Assembly (NCBI GenBank): GCA_963718665.1 | Contig: OY970359.1 | Location: 2,464,001-2,528,000 of the forward strand | Direction of reading: 5' to 3' | Source of the DNA: an uncultured Phycisphaerales bacterium | GTDB lineage: Bacteria; Planctomycetota; Phycisphaerae; Sedimentisphaerales; Anaerobacaceae | DNA length: 64,000 nucleotides | Shown here: in pieces, positions 27,031 through 37,617 of the stretch | Layout: the number at the start of each line of letters is the position of its first letter | Position numbering within the stretch: position 1 is the stretch's first letter | Notes under the pieces: model-generated | Database searches by the model: none | What the model saw: the letters and a program-made list of their open reading frames with translations, nothing else | What the model was told of the DNA's origin: nothing | Made by a program: the position numbers and the translations under genes

Positions 27031-28341
27031 ATGCCAGAGAACAATAAAGTAAATCGACGGGGCTTTTTAAAGACAGCGGCAGGCGCGGCGGCGGGGGCAA
27101 TAGCGATACCTTATATTGTGCCATCGTCGGTATTCGGAGCCGATGGCGGGGTTGCGCCGAGCAACCGGCTGCACGTGGGGATGATTGGAGTCGGCAGCCA
27201 GGGGACCTGGGACATGCGAGGATTCCTGGATAAGCCGGAGGCGCTGGTTGTGGCCCTGTGCGATATCGATGTCAAACACCAGAAGACCGCAAAGGCGGAG
27301 ACGGACCTGAAATACGGGAACAACGACTGCAAGACGTATGGTGATTTTCGCGATATGATAGCGCGAAGCGATATAGACATAATATCGACGGCGATACCTG
27401 ACCACTGGCATTCGATACCTGCAATAATGGCTGCTGAGGCGGGGAAGGATATTTACGGTCAAAAGCCGCTGGCGCGGACGATTCGCGAAGGGCAGGCGAT
27501 ATGCGACGCGGTGAAGCGATACGGGAGAATTTGGCAAACGGGGAGCTGGCAGCGGTCGGTGTATAATTTCCGGCGGGCGTGCGAGCTTGTGCGCAACGGG
27601 AGGATAGGCAAGGTTCATACGGTTGAGGTTGGTTTGCCGACGGGCAGCACGCGAGGCAACGAATCGATTAAGCCGGTGCCTGAGGGGGTTGACTGGAATA
27701 TGTGGCTGGGGCCCGCACCGTGGGTGCCGTTTAGGGGAATTTTGCACTGGGACTGGCGGTGGATTATGGATTATTCGGGCGGGCAGATGACGGACTGGGC
27801 GGGGCATCATATTGATATCGCGCACTGGGCACTTGATTTGGAGAGAACGGGACCTGTTGAGGTCGAGGGGCACGGGACATATCCGAAGGACGGGATATTT
27901 AACGTTCCTTATCAATACAAGGTAACGACGAAATACGCGAACGGGCTGACGATGATAATCGCAAACGACAGGCAGCTTCCTCACGGTATGGGGACATGCT
28001 GGTACGGGGACAAGGGCTGGCTGCACGTTACGCGAGATGAGCCGATACACGCGGAACCAAAGAGCGTGGTGGACGAGGTAATAGGGCCAAACGAGATTCA
28101 TTTATACGAGAGCAAGGACCATTTTCAGAATTTTCTGGACTGCATAAAAAGCAGGCGGGAGACGATTGCGCCGGCGGAAATTGCTCACCGGTCGCTGACG
28201 CCTGCGCTCTTAGGCGAGATTTCGATGCTGACGGGCAGGAAGCTGAAATGGGACCCGGAAAAAGAGGTTATCATCGGCGATGAAGAGGCCAGCCGGATGT
28301 TGTCACGGCCTATGAGAAGCCCGTGGCATTTGTATATGTAA
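27031..28341 (+). CDS. Tat-exported Gfo/Idh/MocA oxidoreductase
   Basis: NRRGFLK, IGVGSQG, PDHWH, QKP, DYSGGQMTDWAGHHID. Confidence 0.93.
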   Translation: MPENNKVNRRGFLKTAAGAAAGAIAIPYIVPSSVFGADGGVAPSNRLHVGMIGVGSQGTWDMRGFLDKPEALVVALCDIDVKHQKTAKAETDLKYGNNDCKTYGDFRDMIARSDIDIISTAIPDHWHSIPAIMAAEAGKDIYGQKPLARTIREGQAICDAVKRYGRIWQTGSWQRSVYNFRRACELVRNGRIGKVHTVEVGLPTGSTRGNESIKPVPEGVDWNMWLGPAPWVPFRGILHWDWRWIMDYSGGQMTDWAGHHIDIAHWALDLERTGPVEVEGHGTYPKDGIFNVPYQYKVTTKYANGLTMIIANDRQLPHGMGTCWYGDKGWLHVTRDEPIHAEPKSVVDEVIGPNEIHLYESKDHFQNFLDCIKSRRETIAPAEIAHRSLTPALLGEISMLTGRKLKWDPEKEVIIGDEEASRMLSRPMRSPWHLYM

Positions 28342-28414
28342 ATAAGAAACGTTATACGGTTGCGGTCGCGCGGCTCGCATCGGCAACGTATTGCGAATAG
28401 TTAAGGAAAGAAAG

Positions 28415-29308
28415 ATGAAAAATTTCATATTAACGACTGTTATAGCACTGGGAGTTATTATGGTTTTTGCGAAAAACGTTATGGCGGACGGTTCGCCGAA
28501 GGTACTAAAGCCGGTGTCGGATGAGATGACGGCTAAGATTGAGGCGGCGGCTCCGGAAAAAGCAACCGCCAAACCTCTAAAGGCGAGAAAGATATTAGTA
28601 TTCTGGCTTTGCAGGGGTTATTACCACGAGAGCATACCTGTAGCGAACAAGGCGATTGAGATTATGGGCAAAAAGACCGGGGCATACAGCGTGGTTTTCA
28701 GCGACGATATGAATATGTTCGACGCGAAGAAGCTGGCGGAGTTTGACGCGATATTGTTTAACAGTACGACGAAGCTGGAGTTCAATGAGCCGGGGCAGAG
28801 ACAGGCGCTGATGGATTTCGTGAAGGGCGGGAAGGGCATCATCGGTTTACACGCTGCGACGGATAATTTTTACAACTGGCCCGAGGCGGCGGAAATGATT
28901 GGCGGGCAGTTTATCGCGCACCCGTGGACAGCCAATGGGGTTTGGGCGATAAAGAATTATGAGCCGAATCACCCGCTGAACGCGTCGTTTAAGGGAGAGG
29001 GTTTCAAGGTCAGGGACGAGATTTATCGCCAGAAGAAGCTTAGCCGGGTTGAGAACCGTCGTATTTTGCTGGCGCTCGATTTTGATGACCCTGCGACGAA
29101 GAACGCAAAAGGAGCAATGGAGAGCGACCGGGACATGCCTGTGAGCTGGATAAAAGATTACGGCAAGGGGAGGATATTTTTCTGCGGACTTGGTCATAAT
29201 AACGAGATATATTATCGTCCCGCCATACTGCAGTATGAGCTTGACGGCATCCAGTTTGCGCTGGGTGATTTAAAAGTTGACGCGACGCCTATTAAAGAAG
29301 GCAAATAA
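28415..29308 (+). CDS. ThuA-like domain protein, secreted
   Basis: Signal peptide; GYYHESIP, GGKGIIGLHAATD, GGQFIAHPW, DEIY, YGKGRIFFCGLGH. Confidence 0.88.
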   Translation: MKNFILTTVIALGVIMVFAKNVMADGSPKVLKPVSDEMTAKIEAAAPEKATAKPLKARKILVFWLCRGYYHESIPVANKAIEIMGKKTGAYSVVFSDDMNMFDAKKLAEFDAILFNSTTKLEFNEPGQRQALMDFVKGGKGIIGLHAATDNFYNWPEAAEMIGGQFIAHPWTANGVWAIKNYEPNHPLNASFKGEGFKVRDEIYRQKKLSRVENRRILLALDFDDPATKNAKGAMESDRDMPVSWIKDYGKGRIFFCGLGHNNEIYYRPAILQYELDGIQFALGDLKVDATPIKEGK

Positions 29309-29322
29309 GAAAGGAAGAAAAT

Positions 29323-31368
29323 ATGAATCGCCTGTTAAAAGTTTCAGTTGTTGCGGCCGTTGTTTTGTGTTTTGGCGGAGTGATATACGCTGCCGATTCC
29401 AACGAATTTGGCCAGTTGTTAAACAATATCAAGACGTATGATTTCAATAAAAGCCGGGTGGACCTTATCAAAATCAGCGGTATGATTCGCGAAGCGAGCG
29501 GTAAACCCGAAATGAAGGCGATGGAGAAGCAGCTTGATGATTTTCTCAAATCGGACGCCAGTTACGCGGCGAAGGATTTTGTGTGCAGGGAGCTGAGCAT
29601 TGCCGGGACGGAGGCGTCGGTTCCTGCACTGGCTTCGATGCTGACGGATGAGAAGGTTTCGGATATTGCGAGATATGCCCTTGAGCGGATACCCGGGGCG
29701 GCAGTTGATGATGCGCTGCGGCAGACATTATCGAAGTCCGAAGGCAAAGCAAAGGTTGGAATCATAAATACGCTTGGGGTTCGCGGGGACAAGAAGGCGG
29801 TCGAGCAGCTGGCGAAACTGACTAATGACGCAAATGAGACGGTCGCGGTCGCGGCGGTTGCTGCACTTGGAAGGATAGACGACAAGAGCTCTACGGACGC
29901 GATTGCCAAGGTAAAAGACAAGGCGACAGGCGCGGTTAAGACGGCGGCGACTAACGCATATTTGCGGTGTGCGGACCGATTGACGACCAAGGGGGAGAAG
30001 GAAGCGGCGGGGGCGATTTATAAACAGTTATACGCCGCAAGCGAACCAATGATTATCCGCGTAGCGGCGGCGAGAGGTATGATTGTGACTGCTGGCGACA
30101 AGACGGGCGAATTGATTGTTGAGATGCTGAAATCAGCCGACAAGCCGATTCAAACAGTGGCGATAGCGACGCTGAAAGACGTGGCGAAGACCAATGTGAT
30201 AAAGGTGGCTGCGGAGCAGATGCCAAATCTGGAAACCACGCAACAGTTACAATTAATTTCAGCCCTGGCGGATTGTGGGGACAAGGTCGCGCTACCGGTG
30301 GTTCTGTCGGCGGTCAAGAGCAAGGATACGGCTGTGCGTGTTACAGCTTTGAGGGCGATGGGGATATTAGGCGACGTATCGTCTATTGATATGCTTGTAG
30401 CGGCAGCGGTTTCGAGCGGCGGCGAAGAGCAAAAGGCGGCACAGGAGAGCTTATATCGGCTGCGCGGTCCTGACATTGACGACGCGATTTTGAAGAAACT
30501 TCCTGATGCCGAGCCAAAGGCGAAGGTCGAGCTTGTTCGCAGCTGCGAACAACGGGATATAAAGAAATCGGTGCCCGTGCTGATGAAGACAGCTAAAGAC
30601 GCGGACGCGAAGGTGAGAATAGAATCAATCAAGGCGCTGCGAGCGCTGGCGGAGCCGCAGGATATGGCTGCACTTATCGAACTGCAATTGGCAGCCACGG
30701 GCAATGACAGGGGTGAGCTTGAAAAGACGGTAGTAGTTGTGGCTCATAAAATTGCAGAGGACAAAGGGCAGGGACAAGCAGTTCTTGCGGCATTGCCAAC
30801 GGCGAAAGACGTGGACTCGAAATGTTCGCTGCTGAGCGTTCTGGGAAAGATTGGCGACGAGGCAGCGTTGCCGGTTCTGCGGGAATCGCTTGGGGACAAA
30901 GAAGACAAGATTAAGGACGCGGCGGTGAGGGCACTTTCGGACTGGCCAACTGCGGCACCTGCGGCGGATTTGCTGAAGGTTGCGCAGATGTCTGAGAACC
31001 AGGTTCACAAGACATTAGCTCTTCGCGGTTACGTCCGGCTGGCGGGATTGAAGAGCAACAGGCCTGCGGAAGAGACGATGAAGATGTATAAAGACGCGAT
31101 GGCGCTTGCGGCGGATGTTTCCGAGAAAAAAATGGTGCTGTCGGGCCTTGGGAGCACGGAAAGTTTTGAGGCGATGCAAATGGCAGCGGGCTATCTCGAT
31201 GATAAGGATTTGAAGGAGGAGGCCGAGGCGGCGGTGGTTAAGATAGCAGAAGCGACTATGAAGGGACATTCGAGAGAAACAAAAGAGACGCTGCAGAAGG
31301 TGATTGACGGCACGACTAATGAGTCGGTGCGTGAACGGGCGCAGAAACTGCTTAAACAGGGCAAATAA
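29323..31368 (+). CDS. HEAT-repeat protein, secreted
   Basis: Signal peptide followed by repeated helical motifs (ARYALERI, AVAALGRI, ALRAMGILG, AAVRALSDWP). Confidence 0.85.
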   Translation: MNRLLKVSVVAAVVLCFGGVIYAADSNEFGQLLNNIKTYDFNKSRVDLIKISGMIREASGKPEMKAMEKQLDDFLKSDASYAAKDFVCRELSIAGTEASVPALASMLTDEKVSDIARYALERIPGAAVDDALRQTLSKSEGKAKVGIINTLGVRGDKKAVEQLAKLTNDANETVAVAAVAALGRIDDKSSTDAIAKVKDKATGAVKTAATNAYLRCADRLTTKGEKEAAGAIYKQLYAASEPMIIRVAAARGMIVTAGDKTGELIVEMLKSADKPIQTVAIATLKDVAKTNVIKVAAEQMPNLETTQQLQLISALADCGDKVALPVVLSAVKSKDTAVRVTALRAMGILGDVSSIDMLVAAAVSSGGEEQKAAQESLYRLRGPDIDDAILKKLPDAEPKAKVELVRSCEQRDIKKSVPVLMKTAKDADAKVRIESIKALRALAEPQDMAALIELQLAATGNDRGELEKTVVVVAHKIAEDKGQGQAVLAALPTAKDVDSKCSLLSVLGKIGDEAALPVLRESLGDKEDKIKDAAVRALSDWPTAAPAADLLKVAQMSENQVHKTLALRGYVRLAGLKSNRPAEETMKMYKDAMALAADVSEKKMVLSGLGSTESFEAMQMAAGYLDDKDLKEEAEAAVVKIAEATMKGHSRETKETLQKVIDGTTNESVRERAQKLLKQGK

Positions 31369-31404
31369 CGGTTTTATACGCGATACTAAACAGGAGACCT
31401 TATT

Positions 31405-32808
31405 ATGACTAATGAAAACGTCGGCAAAGAAAAGGGATACGGCATTTCACGGAGGCAACTGCTGGGTTCGGCGATGGCGGCAGGGGCGTTTACGATTATT
31501 CCGAGTTATGTGCTGGGAATGGATGGTAAAAAGCCGCCCAGCGAAAAGCTGAACATCGCGACAATCGGCGTGGGCGGTATGGGAGGCAATAATACCCGCA
31601 GATGCGCGGACGCGGGTGAGAATATAGTTGCGCTTTGCGACGTTGACGAGAAACTGCCGGGGACGGTAAGAGTTTTCAACGATTATCCCGACGCGAAGAA
31701 GTATAAAGATTTTCGCAAGATGCTCGAAGAGATGAAGAATATCGACGCGGTGATAGTCGCGACGCCTGACCATACGCACACGGTGGCGGCGATGATGGCG
31801 ATAAAGATGGGTAAGCACGTATATGTGCAGAAACCACTGACGCGTACGGTTTATGAGGCGAGGAAACTAACCGAGGCGGCGAGACAGTATAAGGTAGCGA
31901 GCCAGATGGGTAACCAGGGACATTCGGGCGAGGGAATTCGGCTGATGTGTGAGTGGATATGGGACGGGGCGATTGGGCCTGTGCGGGAGGTTCACGCGTG
32001 GACAAACAGGCCAGTGTGGGCGCAGGGAATCGACAGGCCGAAAGAAACGCCACCGATTCCAGAGGGATTTGACTGGGACCTCTGGCTTGGGCCTGCTCCG
32101 GAGAGACCATATAACCCGGCGTATCATCCTTTTGCGTGGAGGGCGTGGGTGGACTTCGGAGGCGGGGCTTTAGCCGATATGGCGTGTCATATTCTTGACC
32201 CGGCATTCTGGGCGTTGAAGCTGAAATACCCGATAAGCGTCGAGGCGTGTACATCGACGAGGATGTCGGGCGAGGGCTGGGGCAAGGTAGGTGTGCGAGA
32301 GACGTATCCGCAGGCAAGCATCGTTCGCTATAAATTCCCGGCGCGAGGCAATATGCCTGAAGTGAAAATTAACTGGTATGATGGCGGGCTTATGCCGGCG
32401 AGACCGGAAGAGCTTGAGCCGGGCCGGATGATGGGAGATGATGACGGCGGCGTGCTGTTTGTCGGGGACAAGGGCAAATTGATGTGCGGCTGTTACGGTA
32501 TGAACCCGCGTTTGATACCGGAAAGCAAAATGGAGGCATACAAGAGGCCGGCGAAGACGCTGCCGAGAATCAAAGACGGCATTGACGGTCACGAGAAGAG
32601 CTGGATTGAGGCCTGCAAGGGTGGTATCGCGGCAAGCTCGAATTTCGAGTATTCGGGGCCATTCACGGAAACGGTGGTGATGGGAAATCTGGCGATGATG
32701 AACCCATATAAGGTGCTCGAATGGGACGGCGAAAATATGAAGTTTACCAATGACGAGACCGCCAATGCGTTCGTTAATCCGCCTTATCGAGCGGGCTGGA
32801 CGATATAA
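31405..32808 (+). CDS. Tat-exported Gfo/Idh/MocA oxidoreductase
   Basis: SRRQLL, IGVGGMG, TPDHTH, VQKPL, QMGNQG, DMACH. Confidence 0.93.
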   Translation: MTNENVGKEKGYGISRRQLLGSAMAAGAFTIIPSYVLGMDGKKPPSEKLNIATIGVGGMGGNNTRRCADAGENIVALCDVDEKLPGTVRVFNDYPDAKKYKDFRKMLEEMKNIDAVIVATPDHTHTVAAMMAIKMGKHVYVQKPLTRTVYEARKLTEAARQYKVASQMGNQGHSGEGIRLMCEWIWDGAIGPVREVHAWTNRPVWAQGIDRPKETPPIPEGFDWDLWLGPAPERPYNPAYHPFAWRAWVDFGGGALADMACHILDPAFWALKLKYPISVEACTSTRMSGEGWGKVGVRETYPQASIVRYKFPARGNMPEVKINWYDGGLMPARPEELEPGRMMGDDDGGVLFVGDKGKLMCGCYGMNPRLIPESKMEAYKRPAKTLPRIKDGIDGHEKSWIEACKGGIAASSNFEYSGPFTETVVMGNLAMMNPYKVLEWDGENMKFTNDETANAFVNPPYRAGWTI

Positions 32809-32830
32809 CTACAAACCATTTTATAGCTTC

Positions 32831-32880
32831 TGGATTCCTGCTTCCTTCGACAAGCTCAGGACGGGTTCACGGGAATAACA
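32831..32880. repeat. Nested REP-like elements
   Basis: tggattcctgctt[ccttcgacaagctcaggacgggtt]cacgggaataaca. Confidence 0.65.
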
Positions 32881-32916
32881 GTTGTGAAAATGGGTTGTTA
32901 AACTTGGGATTGGTTT

Positions 32917-34248
32917 ATGAATAGTAACGGGATTTCACGCAGGAGTTTCGTGAAGGGGACCGTGTCTGCGATAGCGGGCTTTACGATTTTGCCGAGGTTT
33001 GTTCTGGGCGGGGCGGGTTTCAAGCCGCCAAGCGAAAAGCTCAATATCGCCTCGGTGGGTATAGGCGGTCAGGGCAAGGAGAACTTGAAGGCCTGCGAAG
33101 GCGAGAATATCGTTGCGCTTTGCGACGTTGACTGGAATTACGCGGGGCCGGTTTTTCAGGGCCATCCGAACGTGAAAAAATACAAAGATTTTCGCAAGAT
33201 GTTAGACGAGGTGAAGGATATCGACGCGGTGGTGATTGCGACGCCTGACCATACGCACGCGACGATTGCTATGGCGGCAATCAAAATGGGCAAGCACGTA
33301 TATGTGCAGAAGCCGCTGACGTGGTCAATAGAAGAGGCGCGTAAACTGACGGCGGCGGCGCGAGAGGCGAAGGTTGCCACCCAGATGGGCAACCAGGGAC
33401 ATTCGAGCGAAGATATTCGGGTGCTGTGTGAAATGATATGGTCGGGGGCGGTAGGGCAGATTCGCGAGGTGTATGCCTGGACGGACAGGCCATACTGGGC
33501 GCAGGGCATAGTTCGGCCGGCTAATTCGCCGGCGATGCCTGAAGGGCTGGACTGGGACAACTGGCTGGGGCCTGCGCCTGTTCGAGCATATAATCCTGTT
33601 TATCACCCGTTTGCGTGGCGTGGCTGGCAGGATTTCGGGACTGGCGCGCTGGGGGATATGGGCTGTCATATAATGGACCACGCGTATTGGGCGTTGAAGC
33701 TGGACAGACCGACTGCTGTTGAGGCGTGCGTTTCATCGCGTGTGGTTAAGAACTGGGAGAGGATGAAAAATAAGGAGACGTATCCGGATGCGTCGATTGT
33801 CCGTTACGAATTTCCGGCTCGCGGGGATTTGCCTGCGGTGAATCTGACGTGGTATGACGGCGGATTGAAGCCACCTCGACCGGCGGGGCTGGAAAAAGAA
33901 CGTAATCTCGGAGACAACGGCGTTATTTTCATCGGCGACAAGGGAACGATAGTGGAAGGGCGAATTATTCCTGAGTCGCGAATGAAGGATTACCAGCGGC
34001 CGGCCAAGAGCATACCGCGAATAGCCGGCACACATGAGCAGAACTGGATTGACGCCTGCAAGGGCGGGACTGCGGCGTGCTCGAATTTCGAATATGCGGG
34101 GCCTCTGACGGAGACCGTCCTGCTGGGCAATGTCGCAATACGCACGGGTAAGCGGATTGAGTGGGACGGGCCAAATATGAAAATAACCAATATCCCGGAT
34201 GCCAATGAGCTTCTTGGCCGCCAGTACCGCGAGGGCTGGACTTTGTAG
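32917..34248 (+). CDS. Tat-exported Gfo/Idh/MocA oxidoreductase (close paralog of 31405..32808)
   Basis: SRRSFVK, PPSEKLNIA, TPDHTH, VQKPL, GDMGCH. Confidence 0.93.
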   Translation: MNSNGISRRSFVKGTVSAIAGFTILPRFVLGGAGFKPPSEKLNIASVGIGGQGKENLKACEGENIVALCDVDWNYAGPVFQGHPNVKKYKDFRKMLDEVKDIDAVVIATPDHTHATIAMAAIKMGKHVYVQKPLTWSIEEARKLTAAAREAKVATQMGNQGHSSEDIRVLCEMIWSGAVGQIREVYAWTDRPYWAQGIVRPANSPAMPEGLDWDNWLGPAPVRAYNPVYHPFAWRGWQDFGTGALGDMGCHIMDHAYWALKLDRPTAVEACVSSRVVKNWERMKNKETYPDASIVRYEFPARGDLPAVNLTWYDGGLKPPRPAGLEKERNLGDNGVIFIGDKGTIVEGRIIPESRMKDYQRPAKSIPRIAGTHEQNWIDACKGGTAACSNFEYAGPLTETVLLGNVAIRTGKRIEWDGPNMKITNIPDANELLGRQYREGWTL

Positions 34249-34336
34249 TTGCCATGCGGGCGGAAATTAGGTATTATTTAATCGCGTTGTGGGGCGGGGT
34301 GGAAGTGCGTTTGGTTAGGTTTTGAAAAGGGCTAAA

Positions 34337-35689
34337 ATGAACGAAAATAGGACATCAACGGGGCTTAACAGGCGGGAATTCATTCGTTCGACGGCAGCGG
34401 TCGGGGCGGGGCTGATTTTTTCGCCGATGGTTCTTGGGGAAACAGGAGCCGTCGCCAAATCGGACGATATAAACGTGGCAATAATAGGAGTGGGCGACGA
34501 GGGCAGGGTGCTGCTTGAGTCGGCGGTGAAAATACCGGGCCTGAGGTTCAAAGCACTGTGCGATATCTGGACGAGTTTCAATCAGCAAAACGCGTCGAGA
34601 TTCCTGAAGGCATACAAGCAGGAGCATAACGTATATGTTGACTATCAGGAGATGCTTGCCAAGGAAAAGGATTTGCAGGCGGTCATAATCGCGACGCCTG
34701 ATTTCTGGCATTCAGAGCAGACAGTGGCGTGCCTGAAAGCCGGATTGCATGTTTATTGCGAGAAGGAGATGTCGAACACGCTGGATGGCGCCCGCAAGAT
34801 GGTTGTGGCGGCGAAAGAGACGGGCAAACTGCTTCAGATAGGGCATCAGCGGCGAAGTAATCCGCGATATCTTCACTGTTATAATAAGCTCCTGAAAGAG
34901 GCGGGCATCCTCGGTCGTATTACGACGGTCAACGGGCAGTGGAATCGCTCGGTTCAGCCGATACAAGGTTTCCCGAAAGGCAAGGAAATTGATGAGGCGA
35001 CGCTGAACAAATACGGTTTCAAATCGATGGAGCAATTCCGCAACTGGCGATGGTATAAGGGACTTGGCGGCGGGCCGATAGTTGACCTCGGCTCGCACCA
35101 GATTGATGTATACAACTGGTTCCTCGAAACGGCTCCTAAGGTTGTTATTGCCAGCGGAGGGACAGATTACTACAACAAGAAAGACCACGAGTGGTATGAC
35201 AATGTAATGGCGGTTTATACCTACGAAACGAAGAAGGGGGTTGTCAGGGCATTTTACCAGACAATCACTACCAACTGTTATCAGGGTTACTACGAGGTGT
35301 TTATGGGCGACCAGGGTTCGCTGCTTATTTCAGAAGCGGGCAGCAGGGGCGAGGCGTATCGTGAGCCGACGGCCCCGCAGTGGGACCAGTGGGTCAAGAA
35401 CGGTTTCCTGCTTGCGCCTCCTGAAAAGAAGGAAGAAAAATCGGACTCAGGCGCACTTGTGGATGTTCGTGAGTCGCCGATTCCGGATATGTATAAAATC
35501 GGCGTAGAATTCAAGGACTTGTATCACAAGCCGCATTTGGAGAATTTCTTTAACGCGGTCCGCGGCAAAGGGAAACTAAACTGCCCGGCCGAGGTTGGAT
35601 ACGAGACCGCGGCGACGGTTCTGAAGGTTAATGATGCGGTTGAGGCGGGCTGCAAACTGGAATTCAAGCCGGAAGAATTTAAGGTTTAA
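34337..35689 (+). CDS. Tat-exported Gfo/Idh/MocA oxidoreductase
   Basis: NRREFIR, IGVGDEG, TPDFWH, CEKEM, GHQRRS, DLGSHQID. Confidence 0.92.
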   Translation: MNENRTSTGLNRREFIRSTAAVGAGLIFSPMVLGETGAVAKSDDINVAIIGVGDEGRVLLESAVKIPGLRFKALCDIWTSFNQQNASRFLKAYKQEHNVYVDYQEMLAKEKDLQAVIIATPDFWHSEQTVACLKAGLHVYCEKEMSNTLDGARKMVVAAKETGKLLQIGHQRRSNPRYLHCYNKLLKEAGILGRITTVNGQWNRSVQPIQGFPKGKEIDEATLNKYGFKSMEQFRNWRWYKGLGGGPIVDLGSHQIDVYNWFLETAPKVVIASGGTDYYNKKDHEWYDNVMAVYTYETKKGVVRAFYQTITTNCYQGYYEVFMGDQGSLLISEAGSRGEAYREPTAPQWDQWVKNGFLLAPPEKKEEKSDSGALVDVRESPIPDMYKIGVEFKDLYHKPHLENFFNAVRGKGKLNCPAEVGYETAATVLKVNDAVEAGCKLEFKPEEFKV

Positions 35690-35712
35690 CGGTTCAAAGG
35701 ACTGATTGAACA

Positions 35713-37617
35713 TTGAGAAACGGATTGATTGCCAAGGCATTGCTTTTAGTAATCGTACTGGCGACAGGGATCGCTGTCGGTGCGGAGGCGAAACTTGGCG
35801 ACACTCCCGACGGCAGCAGAAGTAATTTCGTTCATTTAATACCGCTGCTTGCCGAACCGGTGGTGGGCAAAGAGCCGGACCAGATTCACCCCGATTCAGA
35901 CCCTGTGCTGCCGTTTTCAACGAAACAGACATGCGGGGCGTGCCATAGTTACGACAAAATCAGCACCGGCTGGCATTTCAACGCGATTGACCCGAATGTT
36001 AACCCGGGCCGCAAAGGGCAGCCGTGGATATTCGCGGACCCGACAAGCGCGACTCAGATACCACTGTCATACCGTAAATGGCCGGGGACATTCAGGCCTG
36101 AGCAGATAGGGCTGACGCCGATGGCGTTTTTGCAGTCATTCGGCAGGCAGATGCCGGGGGGCGGTATCGGTGAAATGGTCGATAAAAGCGATAATCCCGA
36201 AGAGGCCTTGCGTTCGGATGTTACCGGCAAGCTGGAGATAAACTGCCTTGCCTGCCACGACGGCAACCCCGGGCAGGATATGGGCGGGGCGAGCGGTTAC
36301 GCGATACAGGTAATTCTTCGCGGCAATTACCGCTGGGCGGCGACGTCGTCCTGCGAGTTCGCTTATGTAACTGGCTCGGTAAAGGGATTGCCCAACGAAT
36401 ATGATTTCAGAGCTCCTTTCACGTCCGGCGATTCAAAATTAAAGCCGCCCGTTGTGGCGTATCGCAAAGAGGCGTTTGGCCACAATGACTGGGCGGGTTT
36501 TGATATTCGCAGAGAGCCACCGAAGCAGCGATGTTATTTTTGTCATTCGAATGTTGATGTCCGCGACGGCAAAACGGAGAAGTGGTTTACGGATGAGGAC
36601 GTCCATGTTGCCTCGGGATTGATTTGCGTGGATTGCCATCGCAATGGTCTTGAACATAATATCATCCGAGGGTACGCGGTCGAATCGCGGGACAGCAATA
36701 ATCCTTTAACAACGATTTCATCGTGCGAGGGTTGTCACATCGGCAAGAACGGTGAGAAACCCGTTGCCGGACGATTTGCCGCGCCGACGCCGAAGCACGC
36801 GGGTATTCCGCCTTCACATTTTGACAAGTTGAGCTGCACGGCATGTCATTCAGGCCCGTGGCCCACGAATGAGACGATACGGACAAAGACCGCGAGGGCG
36901 AATGCGCTGGGTATCGCAGGCGCGAGCAAGGAAGGCGAAATCCTGCCTCATCTGCTGTACCCGGTTTTCGCGAAGGGACAGGACGGCAAAATCGGAGTAT
37001 TCAAACTTTTCTGGCCCGCTTACTGGGCGACGATGAGCGACGGCAATGTAACGCCTTTAGCGATGGAAACCGTCAAGTCGGCCACTTCAAGGGTAATCAC
37101 GAAGGCGGCATTTTCAAAGACGGGCAGTTGGCCTGAATTGAAAGACGAAGACGTTATTAAAATTCTGACGGCCCTTGGCGAAAAAGTTGAGGCGGGCGCC
37201 AAGCCGGTTTATGTCACGGGAGGCAAACTGTATTCGCTGGATGCGGGCGGAAAACTTGTGTCGGCGGACAGTAAAATGGCGAAACCGTATATGTGGCCGA
37301 TAGCGCACGACGTCAGGCCCGCGGCCCAGGCGCTGGGAGTTCGCAACTGCCAGGATTGTCATACGACAAATTCGCCGTTTTTATTCGGGCTTGTTTCGGT
37401 TGATTCGCCTTTGAAAAATCTTACCGGCAGGGAAATGGTTGCTTTTGAAAACCTGCCGCGGTGTTATACCAGGGCGTTCGCGTTCTCATTTGTGTTCAGG
37501 CCGTGGCTGAAGGTCGTGGCGATTCTGTCATCGCTGGTTATTATGGGCGTGCTGGTCCTGTATGCGTTGAAGGCACTTGGTTTTGTGGCTAAGGTCGTTG
37601 TTGGAGACGAGAAGTGA
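35713..37617 (+). CDS. Multiheme cytochrome c (7 CxxCH) with C-terminal membrane anchor
   Basis: Sec signal; CGACH, CLACH, CYFCH, CVDCH, CEGCH, CTACH, CQDCH; hydrophobic C-terminus. Confidence 0.92.
   Translation: MRNGLIAKALLLVIVLATGIAVGAEAKLGDTPDGSRSNFVHLIPLLAEPVVGKEPDQIHPDSDPVLPFSTKQTCGACHSYDKISTGWHFNAIDPNVNPGRKGQPWIFADPTSATQIPLSYRKWPGTFRPEQIGLTPMAFLQSFGRQMPGGGIGEMVDKSDNPEEALRSDVTGKLEINCLACHDGNPGQDMGGASGYAIQVILRGNYRWAATSSCEFAYVTGSVKGLPNEYDFRAPFTSGDSKLKPPVVAYRKEAFGHNDWAGFDIRREPPKQRCYFCHSNVDVRDGKTEKWFTDEDVHVASGLICVDCHRNGLEHNIIRGYAVESRDSNNPLTTISSCEGCHIGKNGEKPVAGRFAAPTPKHAGIPPSHFDKLSCTACHSGPWPTNETIRTKTARANALGIAGASKEGEILPHLLYPVFAKGQDGKIGVFKLFWPAYWATMSDGNVTPLAMETVKSATSRVITKAAFSKTGSWPELKDEDVIKILTALGEKVEAGAKPVYVTGGKLYSLDAGGKLVSADSKMAKPYMWPIAHDVRPAAQALGVRNCQDCHTTNSPFLFGLVSVDSPLKNLTGREMVAFENLPRCYTRAFAFSFVFRPWLKVVAILSSLVIMGVLVLYALKALGFVAKVVVGDEK

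Noticed and set aside
25659..28101. Long antisense ORFs (406 aa, 344 aa), and likewise 8324..9241 and 47758..48876
   Set aside because: Shadow ORFs opposite well-supported genes, with no recognisable motifs.
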